From: Escherichia phage alia
Sequence record: NC_052655.1
Reading direction: 5' to 3' (one strand)
Length of the DNA: 64,000 bases
Shown here: positions 9,528-18,814 of the stretch, piece by piece
Layout of the letters: every line of letters begins with the position of its first letter
Numbering within the stretch: position 1 is the first letter of the stretch
Notes under the pieces: model-generated
Seen by the model: only the letters and a program-made list of their open reading frames with translations
The model's database searches: none
Told to the model about the DNA's origin: nothing
Position numbers and translations under genes: made by a program

Positions 9528-9802
9528 GTCCGGCAATTAAATCAGCAATTGAAATTGCCTCACAAACCCTTAGCTTGACATGGTATGAAGTAATTCTTTG
9601 TAAGGTAATTAAGAATACCTCCGAAACCTTGTCCTCGTTAGATAATTACGGTGTAGATTATCTACTTAAAATTTATGAATATTTAACATTTGAAGACTAT
9701 GTACAAGATCTTCACGTTAAAGATGCGGATATTAAACGTGGTCAACAGAGAACAATAAGAGAACTGGATACGGCTATGAAAAAATTAATTCCAGATTCAT
9801 AA
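9045..9802 (+). CDS. tail assembly chaperone, predicted -1 frameshift fusion product (GT-like)
   Basis: The -1 frame is open from 9449 to 9802 and overlaps the end of the 9045..9527 ORF. Slippery heptamer T_TTT_TTC at 9458-9464 is in the zero frame. Predicted junction peptide ...YAPFFQTRFRK... Confidence 0.5.
9458..9464 (+). other. candidate -1 ribosomal frameshift slippery site (U UUU UUC)
   Basis: X_XXY_YYZ heptamer with zero-frame codons TTT (9459-9461) and TTC (9462-9464); both Phe tRNAs can re-pair on UUU UUU after a -1 slip. Confidence 0.5.
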
Positions 9803-9821
9803 GTAATACGGAGGATTACCC

Positions 9822-11801
9822 TTGTTAGAAATTAACACTTCCAAGATTAAGAATACAGTAACGTTTACTGTAGATAAAGACAGTTTAAAAAATACTAAAG
9901 ACGCAATTAAAAACCTTAAAACTTTTACAGAATCTATTGAACCATCTTTAAATATGACTAAAATGCGTCGTCAGTTTAAAAGTATGGAAGAGTATGCTAA
10001 AAGAATAAGGCAGCAAATGTCAGGTCTTGGCGGCGGTAATCCTCCACCAATCCCACCAACCGGAGGTTCAAGTGGTGGTGGAAAAGGAGGAAGTGGTAGA
10101 GGTGGTTCTGGATCTTCTGGAGGACGTAAGACACCGGAGGAAAGAGCCGCAGAAGCCGCCGCTAAACGTGCAGCACTTGCTAATATGAAGCAAGATGATT
10201 TTAGTTTTAAAGCTATGCCTTTTACAAAAGCAGACAGCAGAATTCTAGAAAAATCTAAAAAGATTGTAGAAGAAACTGTTGAACTTTATCGTAAAGGTGT
10301 GATTACTAGCCAACAAATGAACAATACTTTGGCTAGACAGTTAGAAGAACTACGCAGATCTCATAGAGAGAAGAATGCACAACTTCTTGATGAAGAGAGA
10401 GCTAGACGTAGAATTGCCCGTCTGCAAGAAGCAGAAGATAAAAGAAGACAGCGTGTTCGAGAAAGAGAAAGAAAGGAGTTCGAACGTCAGCAAAGGAGAG
10501 AAAAAGAAGCAAGACAGCGAGATAGACAACGTAAGCTATCTGGTGTAGGTAATGCTGCTATTGCTCTTAACCCTGCTATGTTTGGTGCTGCTCTTTTAGG
10601 TGCTGGTTTATATCAAGGTATAAGCAAAATAGCTGAAAGTATCACAACTGCGGCAGAACGTATTAATATGGTTAGTAAAGGTGGTCAGAACGTACAGGTA
10701 AACCCTAATGCAATTTTAACAATGCGTACTTGGGGTGAGATGAACGGTGTAGACTCTGCCAGCATTATTAAAGCAATTGACAATATTAAAGACGTTCGTG
10801 AACGTTTAGGTAATACTGTACTCCACTCTGAATTTGATGAAAAATCAGGTAAATGGAAAGGTGGAGATAGTGGTATTAATGAAATCATGAACCAATTTGG
10901 TTGGTCGAAAGAAGATGTTGCTAAATTCCAGAACAGACCTTTAGACTTTGTTCAAGCACTTGTTAATGAAGGTCAAAAAAGAGGAATGAACTCCGCGCAA
11001 ATTGGTCGTTTGATGGAAAACCTTGGTGATGACTTAATGCACTACCAACGTATGTTTTTGGATAACGGTAAAGAGTACATGAAAGTCTTGGATATGTTAA
11101 AAAATTCAGGAGCAACTCTTAACGATGAAAACATCAAAGCAGCACAAGATTTTGTTAAGCTAAGAGCACAAATTAGTGCAGCAGGAGAAGGTTTTACCAA
11201 TAACTTACTTATAGGATTTATGGATGGTTTAAAATCTGCACCAGATTTTGCAGAGAATATGAAAACTTTCCAAGAAGCTGCTCGTGGTCTTGGTGAAATG
11301 TCTGGTAGTATTGTAAGTAGCCTTGCAAAAATTGCGAAATATTTCCTTGATTTTTCAAATAAGGTTGGGCCAAAAAACAATACTAAAGAAGCTGTAAGAG
11401 ATTATTATAATGGCACGCAGTATGGGTACGATGCACAGGTTGGTGGTAATCCTTGGGCTTATTGGCCTATTGGAAGAGATCAACATAAACCTGAAAATCA
11501 ACCTTTAGGTGACTTTGATAGTAGTTTCTTAACTAGTGCCTTAAACCCAAGTGCTTCTAGTATCGGTTACAATAGACCTGATTTAACAGCATCTATGCTA
11601 ACACCACGCCAAGGTGTTCCAGTACCATTAAGTGTAGAGAATACGGTTGTTATCCCAGACAACGCATTCCAGATTAATGTTATTCCAGATGGCTATGGTT
11701 TTAGTAATTATCTAGATGCGACAATGAATACCAGTTTTAGTAACTTCTCACAAGGTTTAACTCTTCAGTTAAGCAGTGGACAATCTTCTACTGGTGGTTA
11801 A
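9822..11801 (+). CDS. tail tape measure protein
   Basis: 659 aa ORF; TTG start 7 nt after GGAGGA. Gly-rich N-terminal tract, highly charged Arg/Glu coiled-coil segment (RRRIARLQEAEDKRRQRVRERERKEFERQQRREKEARQRDRQRK), hydrophobic central segment. Follows the chaperone pair. Confidence 0.8.
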   Translation: MLEINTSKIKNTVTFTVDKDSLKNTKDAIKNLKTFTESIEPSLNMTKMRRQFKSMEEYAKRIRQQMSGLGGGNPPPIPPTGGSSGGGKGGSGRGGSGSSGGRKTPEERAAEAAAKRAALANMKQDDFSFKAMPFTKADSRILEKSKKIVEETVELYRKGVITSQQMNNTLARQLEELRRSHREKNAQLLDEERARRRIARLQEAEDKRRQRVRERERKEFERQQRREKEARQRDRQRKLSGVGNAAIALNPAMFGAALLGAGLYQGISKIAESITTAAERINMVSKGGQNVQVNPNAILTMRTWGEMNGVDSASIIKAIDNIKDVRERLGNTVLHSEFDEKSGKWKGGDSGINEIMNQFGWSKEDVAKFQNRPLDFVQALVNEGQKRGMNSAQIGRLMENLGDDLMHYQRMFLDNGKEYMKVLDMLKNSGATLNDENIKAAQDFVKLRAQISAAGEGFTNNLLIGFMDGLKSAPDFAENMKTFQEAARGLGEMSGSIVSSLAKIAKYFLDFSNKVGPKNNTKEAVRDYYNGTQYGYDAQVGGNPWAYWPIGRDQHKPENQPLGDFDSSFLTSALNPSASSIGYNRPDLTASMLTPRQGVPVPLSVENTVVIPDNAFQINVIPDGYGFSNYLDATMNTSFSNFSQGLTLQLSSGQSSTGG

Positions 11802-11808
11802 TGCATAA

Positions 11809-11836
11809 AGCCTCGCTTCGGCGGGGCTTTTTATTT
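11809..11836 (+). terminator. intrinsic terminator after tape measure gene (UUCG loop)
   Basis: AGCCTCGC-TTCG-GCGGGGCT stem followed by TTTTATTT. Confidence 0.7.
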
Positions 11837-11839
11837 GTC

Positions 11840-11869
11840 TTGACAAAGAGTTGTTTTTCGTGATAAAAT
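11840..11869 (+). promoter_or_regulatory. sigma70-like promoter candidate with extended -10
   Basis: TTGACA 11840-11845, 18-nt spacer, TG at 11861-11862, TAAAAT 11864-11869, upstream of the AAGAGG SD and ATG at 11917. Confidence 0.45.
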
Positions 11870-11916
11870 GAGTGATAAGGGAGAATGTTTCTTATCACAT
11901 TAAGAGGTAAAATTAT

Positions 11917-12627
11917 ATGGCAGCAAACACTCCAGAACAACACGTTCAAGCGGTTTATAAAGCGGAACAAGATATAAATTCTACAAAAAACACAAATAAC
12001 TCTGCCTCTACTGTGAAAGGGGAGAATGGTTTTTGTATTTTAGCAAGTATTTACAACAGTGCAAGTGATCAATATATTCAAAATTACCAAGCTATAGTTT
12101 TTGATGCTGTTCCAAATATAGGTGTAAAACGTCAAGCAGATGTTACTAGTTATCCTGTAGAAAATGGAGCTAATGTATCGGATCACGTTCAAGTTAAAAA
12201 TAATACTTTCTCTTTATCAGGAATGATTACAGAGACACCTGTAAGATTAATGCGAGATATGCTATATAGTGCTGGTGTTAACGGTACTCGTATCAGTCAA
12301 GCAATTACTTACTTAGATAAAATATTTGATGAAAGACAGCCTATCATTTTAATAACAGAACATAAGGTGTATGAGAATGTTATTTTGAAAGGCATATCAT
12401 ATGAATATCAAACAGAATATGCGATGCAATTTGACTTGGAATTTGAACAAGTAAGATTAGTTTCCTACGGGGAAACAAATGCTATTGCACTTAAGACAAA
12501 ACCAAATAAGAATACAGGTGTTAAAAACAAGAAAGGTACTAGTCCAGATGCTGATTTGGATGCAAGAACAGGGAAAGCAACTGGTACAGAACATCTTAGT
12601 GATCACAGTGCAGATGGTAAAAAATAA
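11917..12627 (+). CDS. hypothetical tail / baseplate protein
   Basis: 236 aa ORF with AAGAGG SD, first gene after the tape measure gene. Confidence 0.5.
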   Translation: MAANTPEQHVQAVYKAEQDINSTKNTNNSASTVKGENGFCILASIYNSASDQYIQNYQAIVFDAVPNIGVKRQADVTSYPVENGANVSDHVQVKNNTFSLSGMITETPVRLMRDMLYSAGVNGTRISQAITYLDKIFDERQPIILITEHKVYENVILKGISYEYQTEYAMQFDLEFEQVRLVSYGETNAIALKTKPNKNTGVKNKKGTSPDADLDARTGKATGTEHLSDHSADGKK

Positions 12628-12638
12628 GGAGAAAATTT

Positions 12639-13058
12639 TTGGCTATTTCATCTTATTCAAAGATCAGTAGAAGCACATCTAATAGTGGCTACAATGCAGT
12701 ATTTATTGATCGAAATTTAGGTTATTATTCTTGGTACTTACCTACAGAACAGTACCCAGACCAAACATATACGGTAACTCTCGATGGAGTAGATTATGAT
12801 ATACGTTTGAGATGGAATACAAGAGATCAAGCGTGGCAAATGCAATTAGGATTATCAGGAGACAATCCTAGTGTAACTTTTAAAGTAACCAATGGTTTAG
12901 ATCTTCTAGAACCATATAAGTATATAGAATCTGTGCCGGATGGTCAACTTTATTTGGTAGATACTGTTAAAATAAACGGTAGACCTAATTACTATGACAC
13001 AGGTGTAGATAAAAGATTTGCTTTGGTTTATATCGACGCTCTTCCATATCAAGCATGA
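12639..13058 (+). CDS. hypothetical tail / baseplate protein
   Basis: TTG start 6 nt after AAGGAGA; 139 aa. Confidence 0.5.
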   Translation: MAISSYSKISRSTSNSGYNAVFIDRNLGYYSWYLPTEQYPDQTYTVTLDGVDYDIRLRWNTRDQAWQMQLGLSGDNPSVTFKVTNGLDLLEPYKYIESVPDGQLYLVDTVKINGRPNYYDTGVDKRFALVYIDALPYQA

Positions 13059-13074
13059 TAAAAGGAGTTTTTAA

Positions 13075-14085
13075 ATGGCAGAAGAAAGAAATTACACAAA
13101 AGCTCCTGCACCAAATCTAAACAGAGCATACAAACTATTAATAGGTACAGCTACTAATACTAAAGAAAAAAGGACAAAAAATTCCTCTTTCAAATCTACA
13201 GTAGACTTAGATACTAAACTAGGGGATGCTAAAAAATCAACCCCTAATTTGTATGTTATTACGGAGCACCAAATATCTTTCACAATAAGAAAAGATAATA
13301 ATAAAGATCCTAATCAAGCCGAGATAACTATTTATAACCTAAGTGATGATACTGTTAATTATATTAACAAGGGTATTCGTAACAACTTGGCTGTTGCTTT
13401 GGCGGTAGGTTATGAAGGTCAAGAGTTAATTATGATCTTTAAGGGAACGGTGCAATGGGTAAGTGATACGTTTAACAATACTGACAGACGTACAGTGTTA
13501 CATTGTCTGGATGGTGGTATTAACATCTCCGAAGCAAGGACAAGCAGAAGTTATCCGAAAGGTACAAAAGTAAGTAAGGTTGTTAAAGACTTAGTTAAAG
13601 ATTTAGGTACTACAGAAGGTAATATTCACGTAGACACAGAGAAAACTTTATCATCTGCAACAGCTATGTGTGGTAATACATCACATTACTTAGAAAGTAT
13701 CTGTAAAGGTATTGATCACAATGTGTCGATACAAGATGGATCTGTTTACGTGACACCAAGATCACAAATGTCTAGTGCAAGATGCGCATATATTAGTGCA
13801 GAAACAGGTTTAATTGGTAGTCCAGAACCTTTCCACAATGATATTAAACCAACACAAAAAGTAACTAAATCTTCTAAGAAAGCTAAAAAGCCTACAGATG
13901 GTGTTAAGTTCAGATGTGAAATGAACGGTGCTATCTTACCAGAAAAAACTGTTTGGCTCAAGAGTCATAACTATGATGGTGGTTTTAAGGTGGTGTCTGT
14001 TGTTCATACAGGAGATAGGGAAGGTAAAGACTGGACAACTGAAGTAGAGTCTGTATCTGTATCTGCAATTATTAAGAAGGGCTAG
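13075..14085 (+). CDS. putative baseplate hub protein (P2 gpD-like by position)
   Basis: 336 aa ORF with AAGGAG SD, between the tape measure and central spike genes. Assignment is positional. Confidence 0.45.
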   Translation: MAEERNYTKAPAPNLNRAYKLLIGTATNTKEKRTKNSSFKSTVDLDTKLGDAKKSTPNLYVITEHQISFTIRKDNNKDPNQAEITIYNLSDDTVNYINKGIRNNLAVALAVGYEGQELIMIFKGTVQWVSDTFNNTDRRTVLHCLDGGINISEARTSRSYPKGTKVSKVVKDLVKDLGTTEGNIHVDTEKTLSSATAMCGNTSHYLESICKGIDHNVSIQDGSVYVTPRSQMSSARCAYISAETGLIGSPEPFHNDIKPTQKVTKSSKKAKKPTDGVKFRCEMNGAILPEKTVWLKSHNYDGGFKVVSVVHTGDREGKDWTTEVESVSVSAIIKKG

Positions 14086-14087
14086 AA

Positions 14088-14825
14088 ATGGATGCTTTAA
14101 ATTTTGTAACAGCAATCCGTGGATTAATCAACGAACAAGTTGCGGAAGTACATACATCTTTACCTGTAAGGGTAATTGGTGTAGATTATGGATCTAAGAC
14201 AGTAACTTTAGAATCTATCGTAAAAAATACCAGATCTACTGAAGATGAAATAGATTACCCAACATTCCACGATGTTCCTTTTATGGTAAATGGTGGTGGG
14301 ACAGGTAGAATTTCATTTCCAATTAAAGCAGGAGATATTGGTGTTGTTGTCTTTTCAGAAAGAGATCCGTCGAATGCTTTCCAGACAGATGGAGATACAG
14401 CCAGCAGCGGAACATTAATTCAACCTTGTGGTTTGTATCCAGCCTGTTTTATTCCTAAGATAGCAACAGCTACAGATTCTTCAGAAGAAGTAGATTCTGA
14501 AAAAGTTGTTATCTCAAATAATAAGCAAACTTACGCTTCGTTTGATCCTAACGGTAATATATCTGTGTACAACACACAAGGTATGAAAATAGATATGACA
14601 CCAAACAGTATTGTCCTTACCGATGCAGGAGGAGGAAAACTTACACTGCAAGGTGGGACTATGACATATAAAGGTGGTACTGTGAATTTAAACGGTTTAA
14701 CAATCACACCTGACGGTCGTATGACAGATAGTGGTGGCATTGGTTTACACACACATACACACCCTGTACGCGGTGTTGAAACTGGTGGTAGCACTGTTAC
14801 TTCCGACAAACCAAATGGAGGTTAA
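14088..14825 (+). CDS. baseplate central spike protein (gpV-like)
   Basis: 245 aa; Gly-rich beta-helix-like C-terminal repeats (GGGKLTLQGGTMTYKGGTVNLNG) ending in GLHTHTHPV, resembling the His-rich metal-binding apex motif I recall for P2 gpV / phi92 gp138-type spikes. Confidence 0.6.
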   Translation: MDALNFVTAIRGLINEQVAEVHTSLPVRVIGVDYGSKTVTLESIVKNTRSTEDEIDYPTFHDVPFMVNGGGTGRISFPIKAGDIGVVVFSERDPSNAFQTDGDTASSGTLIQPCGLYPACFIPKIATATDSSEEVDSEKVVISNNKQTYASFDPNGNISVYNTQGMKIDMTPNSIVLTDAGGGKLTLQGGTMTYKGGTVNLNGLTITPDGRMTDSGGIGLHTHTHPVRGVETGGSTVTSDKPNGG

Positions 14826-14828
14826 CAG

Positions 14829-15464
14829 ATGGGAATACCATTTGATTTAAAACTTGATGGTTCTAACGATTTAGTAATGGTGGATGGTGATTTAACACTA
14901 ACCACAACTAAAAGTGAAATTGCAGCACAGACGCTTGGAATAACACTTAGAACTTTCCGTGGAGAATGGTTCCTCAACTCTAATTTTGGGGTTCCATATC
15001 TGCAAGAGATTATTGGTGTTGCCAAGAAGAAAGAGATTGTTGATCGCATTTTCTTATCAACTATCGCAAGTAATGTTTATATAGATAATATTAATTCCTA
15101 CACATCCTCTTATGATAGAGATGATAGGTATTACTCAATGAACGTTACTGTTACAGTTGGTGAACAAGTTGTTAGTGCGCTGTTCAGTACACAGCCGTCT
15201 GAAGAATATATCTATCCAGAAGCTGGTGATGATAATGCAGCAATCACTTGTGAAGCATTTGAAATTGTTGAATCTGCAAATAGACTCTATCGCTTTATTA
15301 ACATTGTTGGTCTTCCTAAAGATACTTATTCTACTTGGTGGAATGAGTGGTCTAACGAGGCATTGTTTGAAAAATACCTTGTTAACGAAGCCAATAAAGG
15401 TCTTGCAACCAATTACAACTATGCTATAACAGCAACAATGGGAGCTACAAATAATAATGGCTGA
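14829..15464 (+). CDS. hypothetical baseplate protein
   Basis: 211 aa ORF with GGAGG SD directly downstream of the spike gene. Confidence 0.45.
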   Translation: MGIPFDLKLDGSNDLVMVDGDLTLTTTKSEIAAQTLGITLRTFRGEWFLNSNFGVPYLQEIIGVAKKKEIVDRIFLSTIASNVYIDNINSYTSSYDRDDRYYSMNVTVTVGEQVVSALFSTQPSEEYIYPEAGDDNAAITCEAFEIVESANRLYRFINIVGLPKDTYSTWWNEWSNEALFEKYLVNEANKGLATNYNYAITATMGATNNNG

Positions 15465-15930
15465 TTTAACTACAATCAAGGTGTCTGATCTACCTGTAAC
15501 AACATCTGTTTCAGACACAGATTATTTTGTAACAGATCAATCAGGCATCACTAAGAAAACATCATTACGTGTTCTTCTTGCGGGTGCTGGTGTTACACGA
15601 AATCGTCTTTCTGCAAGGGGTACTGTCACAAATACCCTAGCTTTAGATATTAGCACGGCAGAGTATTTCTCTGCCACTTTATCTAGTCCAACTTGCAGTA
15701 TTTCATTTAGTAATGTTCCAGTTACAACTAACATTGTTCAAAACTTTACGCTATCCCTACGTCAAGGCAGTGGAGCAAATAAAGTAACGTGGCCTCAATC
15801 TGTTAAATGGAGTTTTGGTCGCGCTCCTGTTTTGAGTTATAAACAGGGAGCTACAGATATTTTTGAATTTGTTAGTTATGATAATGGAGCTACCTGGATA
15901 GGTAGTTTAGTGATGGCAGGAGTGATTTAA
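15457..15930 (+). CDS. hypothetical tail-fibre-related protein with fibre-type N-terminal motif
   Basis: 157 aa; its N-terminus (TTIKVSDLPVTTSVSDTDYFVTDQSGITKKTSLRVLL) shares a pattern with the N-terminus of the 20983 tailspike (TITNLPETSKVNGSDYLVLDQPDKTVKSTVSNFL). Confidence 0.5.
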   Translation: MADLTTIKVSDLPVTTSVSDTDYFVTDQSGITKKTSLRVLLAGAGVTRNRLSARGTVTNTLALDISTAEYFSATLSSPTCSISFSNVPVTTNIVQNFTLSLRQGSGANKVTWPQSVKWSFGRAPVLSYKQGATDIFEFVSYDNGATWIGSLVMAGVI

Positions 15931-18806
15931 TGTCAAGAATTAAGCACAGAATTGACAATGTTTTTCAACTGATCGATGGACATATTCAGTTCTTAGATCG
16001 TAATACAGGTTTAACTGTAGATCCTACAGTGCAACACTATGTATTAAACCCACAAAACGTTCTAGCTAATAACAGACACTTTATAAACTGGACTGCTCAA
16101 GAAGGGCAACCAAACGGGGATGCTACAACAGAAGGTCAATCCGTGCTTATTCTTGGTTGCGCTTATGCATACCTAGCTTCCGGCGATACAAAGTATTTAG
16201 ACTCTGCTAAAAAATATTGGCAAGCCTATATAGATTACTTCTTTGGTGGTCAACCTATCCCAGATCCGCCAGCAAAGTATCGCCCTAACTGGATTATTAA
16301 CGGTAAAGAACCACGTCTTGCACATTATCCTCTTACAGATGATGGCTACCCTACACACGGAGGTTTTAAGGGTAGCTTAATGACGTGGACTAACGGTAGA
16401 ACAGTTATTCCTCATGGTGCTCCACATTGGGGAGAATACCTTGACAAAGCATGGTTTGCTTTTAATGGTAATCTAGGATGGAACTCTGTAAACGCTACAG
16501 TATATGCTGTTAATGCAGATGGTACAACAGATTGGTCTAAGAAGGGAGATCAATGGGATGTTGATTGGATCATTGATCGTCTAGGACGTAAAGTTGATTG
16601 GGATGGAAATATCTTAGAAGAAGGTTTTCCAACATCTCAATACGGAACAGTTCAACTAAAAAATACTTCTGTAAATGGTACATATAAATTTAACTACGCG
16701 ACTTGTAACCCTGTTGAACACGGTGGTTATTTAATGGAGCGTAACACTATGTGGCATAACAGACCAGTTAACGTTCCGGTAGAAATGGGCTTTCAGGATA
16801 ATGCGTCAGATGCCGAAACTTGGTGGTGTGATGCTAACTACCTGATGTACCAAATTACAGGAGAAAGAAAATATTGGCTATGCTGGCAGTCTTCACTGTT
16901 AGTGTGTCAAGATTACTCAAACATTGATATGTTTGATAAATTCTTCCGTAAGTCTACATATGCAACTATCCCGTTTACAGATGGCATCTCTTACGATTAT
17001 TCGTATCCATCTACAGCAATACCTAAATATTCAAGAGATACTTTAGGCTATATTGTTATTAGACAAGATGTTGCTGCTCAAACAACATTAGAACAGCAAG
17101 CCATTTGGTTTAAAGTTGATCAGAACTCTAAGTTACGAGTCCAGTTTCAAGGTGTAGATGACGCAGGACATGGTATTCTTTTCCGTCCAGAGTTGGAATT
17201 AAGTAAGACCAAAGATGAAAATAACACAGTAACTTACCGTTGTGGCTTACCATTAGGTACAGCTAATATGACAAGCATGGATATCCCATTATCCAGCTTT
17301 ATGAGAAGTACCCCTCCAAATGGTGGAACATATATTATCGCAGATCCGCGAATTATTGTTGACTGGGGTGACAAAACTGTGGTACAATTTAAGTATGTAA
17401 CAGGTATTGCTGGAACTAATGATGACCAGATTGTTACTGCATCAATGGATACGGATGGTGGTGTCACTGTTGGTTTTTGGTTAACCCCTACATCAAAAGC
17501 TAATGTTAAGTCTATCACATATAGAACATATGAAGATGACTTTAACATGACTATCACGGATGCTCAAGGTTGGAGATGGTGGGCTATGCTACCTAAAACG
17601 CAAGGAGCATGGAGTACGAAGACTTTATCAGCTTCTGATTTTCAGTTAAGTGCTTATCAGCCTAATCATCCAGATACAGATCCTAAACCTTCAGCAATAA
17701 ATCTTACTGCGGTAGATCAGGTAAATTTAGTTCTTGATACGGCTCCTGTCAATGGTTTAACAGGAACAATAGATTTCTATTGTATTAACGATGTACCTGA
17801 AAGATATTCGTCATCTTCTGGTGATGATTATACCATGTACTTCCGTATTACTGTACAGGCTTCAAGTCCTCACACTGCTAAGTTAGGTGATTGTACTATT
17901 ATTGACTATAAGTTAAATAGTCTTAATTACACACCAGGAATAATTCCATTCTCTAATATCAGTGACCCAAACACTGCATTATACGATGGATGGCGTGGTA
18001 TTCCATACCCAGGATACCAGTATCCTTCCTTATACTGTTTCGCAGGTAGGGATATTGATTGGACACGTTTAAACAACAGTATTGATTTCTTGTATGATGC
18101 TCAAATGTGGTTTTATAACACGTTTGATCCTGTGATGCCTGGGCCTATGGCACAAGCATATGTGTGGGATCGTTGGGATGCAAGAAAATACGGTGAACCT
18201 AATACGTTTACTATGAAACACTGGAATGAAAAAGCGTGGGATGGTTATGAAGCTCGTGCATTCTACTGTGCTTGTCATGCTGTGTACGAACTTGTACAAA
18301 GAGGAGAAACACCTCCTGAAAAACTAGTAACAGTTTGTAAAAATTGGATCAACTATCTTAAATGGTTCCAAGACAATAATGATGGAAGAACACCAACTAT
18401 CTTTAACCCAGATGGTACAGTTCTTGCGCCTATAGATGACTTTACTAGCCATATGTCTGCACTGTTTATGGCGGGTTGTTCAATCATGGGCTTGGCAGGT
18501 TATGATTCACAAATTCCAAACATTGGTATTGTAGCAGACAGATGTTTTGATCTGATTCAGCAAAACTATATTGTGCTTTCCCCTAACCATCCGATGAATG
18601 GTTCCTGGAGTGTTGCACCACGCCCAGATTCAGATAACGGAATGTTCTTTGGTTTCCATGCTGGAGAACTATTACGTGGTTTTGGTTTATATGCCTTGTA
18701 TCGTAAACTAAACCCTCAAAACGCTTTACCAATTTTGGATAATAGTAACATACCAACACTAACTGTTCTAACTATGAATGATATTAGTGTTGATGTAACC
18801 AAATAA
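15930..18806 (+). CDS. large baseplate / tail-fibre-associated protein
   Basis: 958 aa ORF in the fibre region. No confident domain call; a possible glycosidase-like segment near the N-terminus is unverified. Confidence 0.55.
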   Translation: MSRIKHRIDNVFQLIDGHIQFLDRNTGLTVDPTVQHYVLNPQNVLANNRHFINWTAQEGQPNGDATTEGQSVLILGCAYAYLASGDTKYLDSAKKYWQAYIDYFFGGQPIPDPPAKYRPNWIINGKEPRLAHYPLTDDGYPTHGGFKGSLMTWTNGRTVIPHGAPHWGEYLDKAWFAFNGNLGWNSVNATVYAVNADGTTDWSKKGDQWDVDWIIDRLGRKVDWDGNILEEGFPTSQYGTVQLKNTSVNGTYKFNYATCNPVEHGGYLMERNTMWHNRPVNVPVEMGFQDNASDAETWWCDANYLMYQITGERKYWLCWQSSLLVCQDYSNIDMFDKFFRKSTYATIPFTDGISYDYSYPSTAIPKYSRDTLGYIVIRQDVAAQTTLEQQAIWFKVDQNSKLRVQFQGVDDAGHGILFRPELELSKTKDENNTVTYRCGLPLGTANMTSMDIPLSSFMRSTPPNGGTYIIADPRIIVDWGDKTVVQFKYVTGIAGTNDDQIVTASMDTDGGVTVGFWLTPTSKANVKSITYRTYEDDFNMTITDAQGWRWWAMLPKTQGAWSTKTLSASDFQLSAYQPNHPDTDPKPSAINLTAVDQVNLVLDTAPVNGLTGTIDFYCINDVPERYSSSSGDDYTMYFRITVQASSPHTAKLGDCTIIDYKLNSLNYTPGIIPFSNISDPNTALYDGWRGIPYPGYQYPSLYCFAGRDIDWTRLNNSIDFLYDAQMWFYNTFDPVMPGPMAQAYVWDRWDARKYGEPNTFTMKHWNEKAWDGYEARAFYCACHAVYELVQRGETPPEKLVTVCKNWINYLKWFQDNNDGRTPTIFNPDGTVLAPIDDFTSHMSALFMAGCSIMGLAGYDSQIPNIGIVADRCFDLIQQNYIVLSPNHPMNGSWSVAPRPDSDNGMFFGFHAGELLRGFGLYALYRKLNPQNALPILDNSNIPTLTVLTMNDISVDVTK

Positions 18807-18814
18807 GGAAAATA

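Noticed and set aside
9575-9802. Independent 75-aa gene starting at the TTG at 9575
   Set aside because: The same frame is open 126 nt further upstream, overlaps the chaperone gene and contains a canonical slippery heptamer, so it is better explained as the frameshift extension; no SD precedes 9575.
14745-14762. CA-rich tract (ACACACACATACACAC) as a non-coding microsatellite
   Set aside because: It lies in frame within the spike gene and encodes the His-Thr-His-Thr-His apex motif, so it is coding sequence, though it could still vary by slippage.
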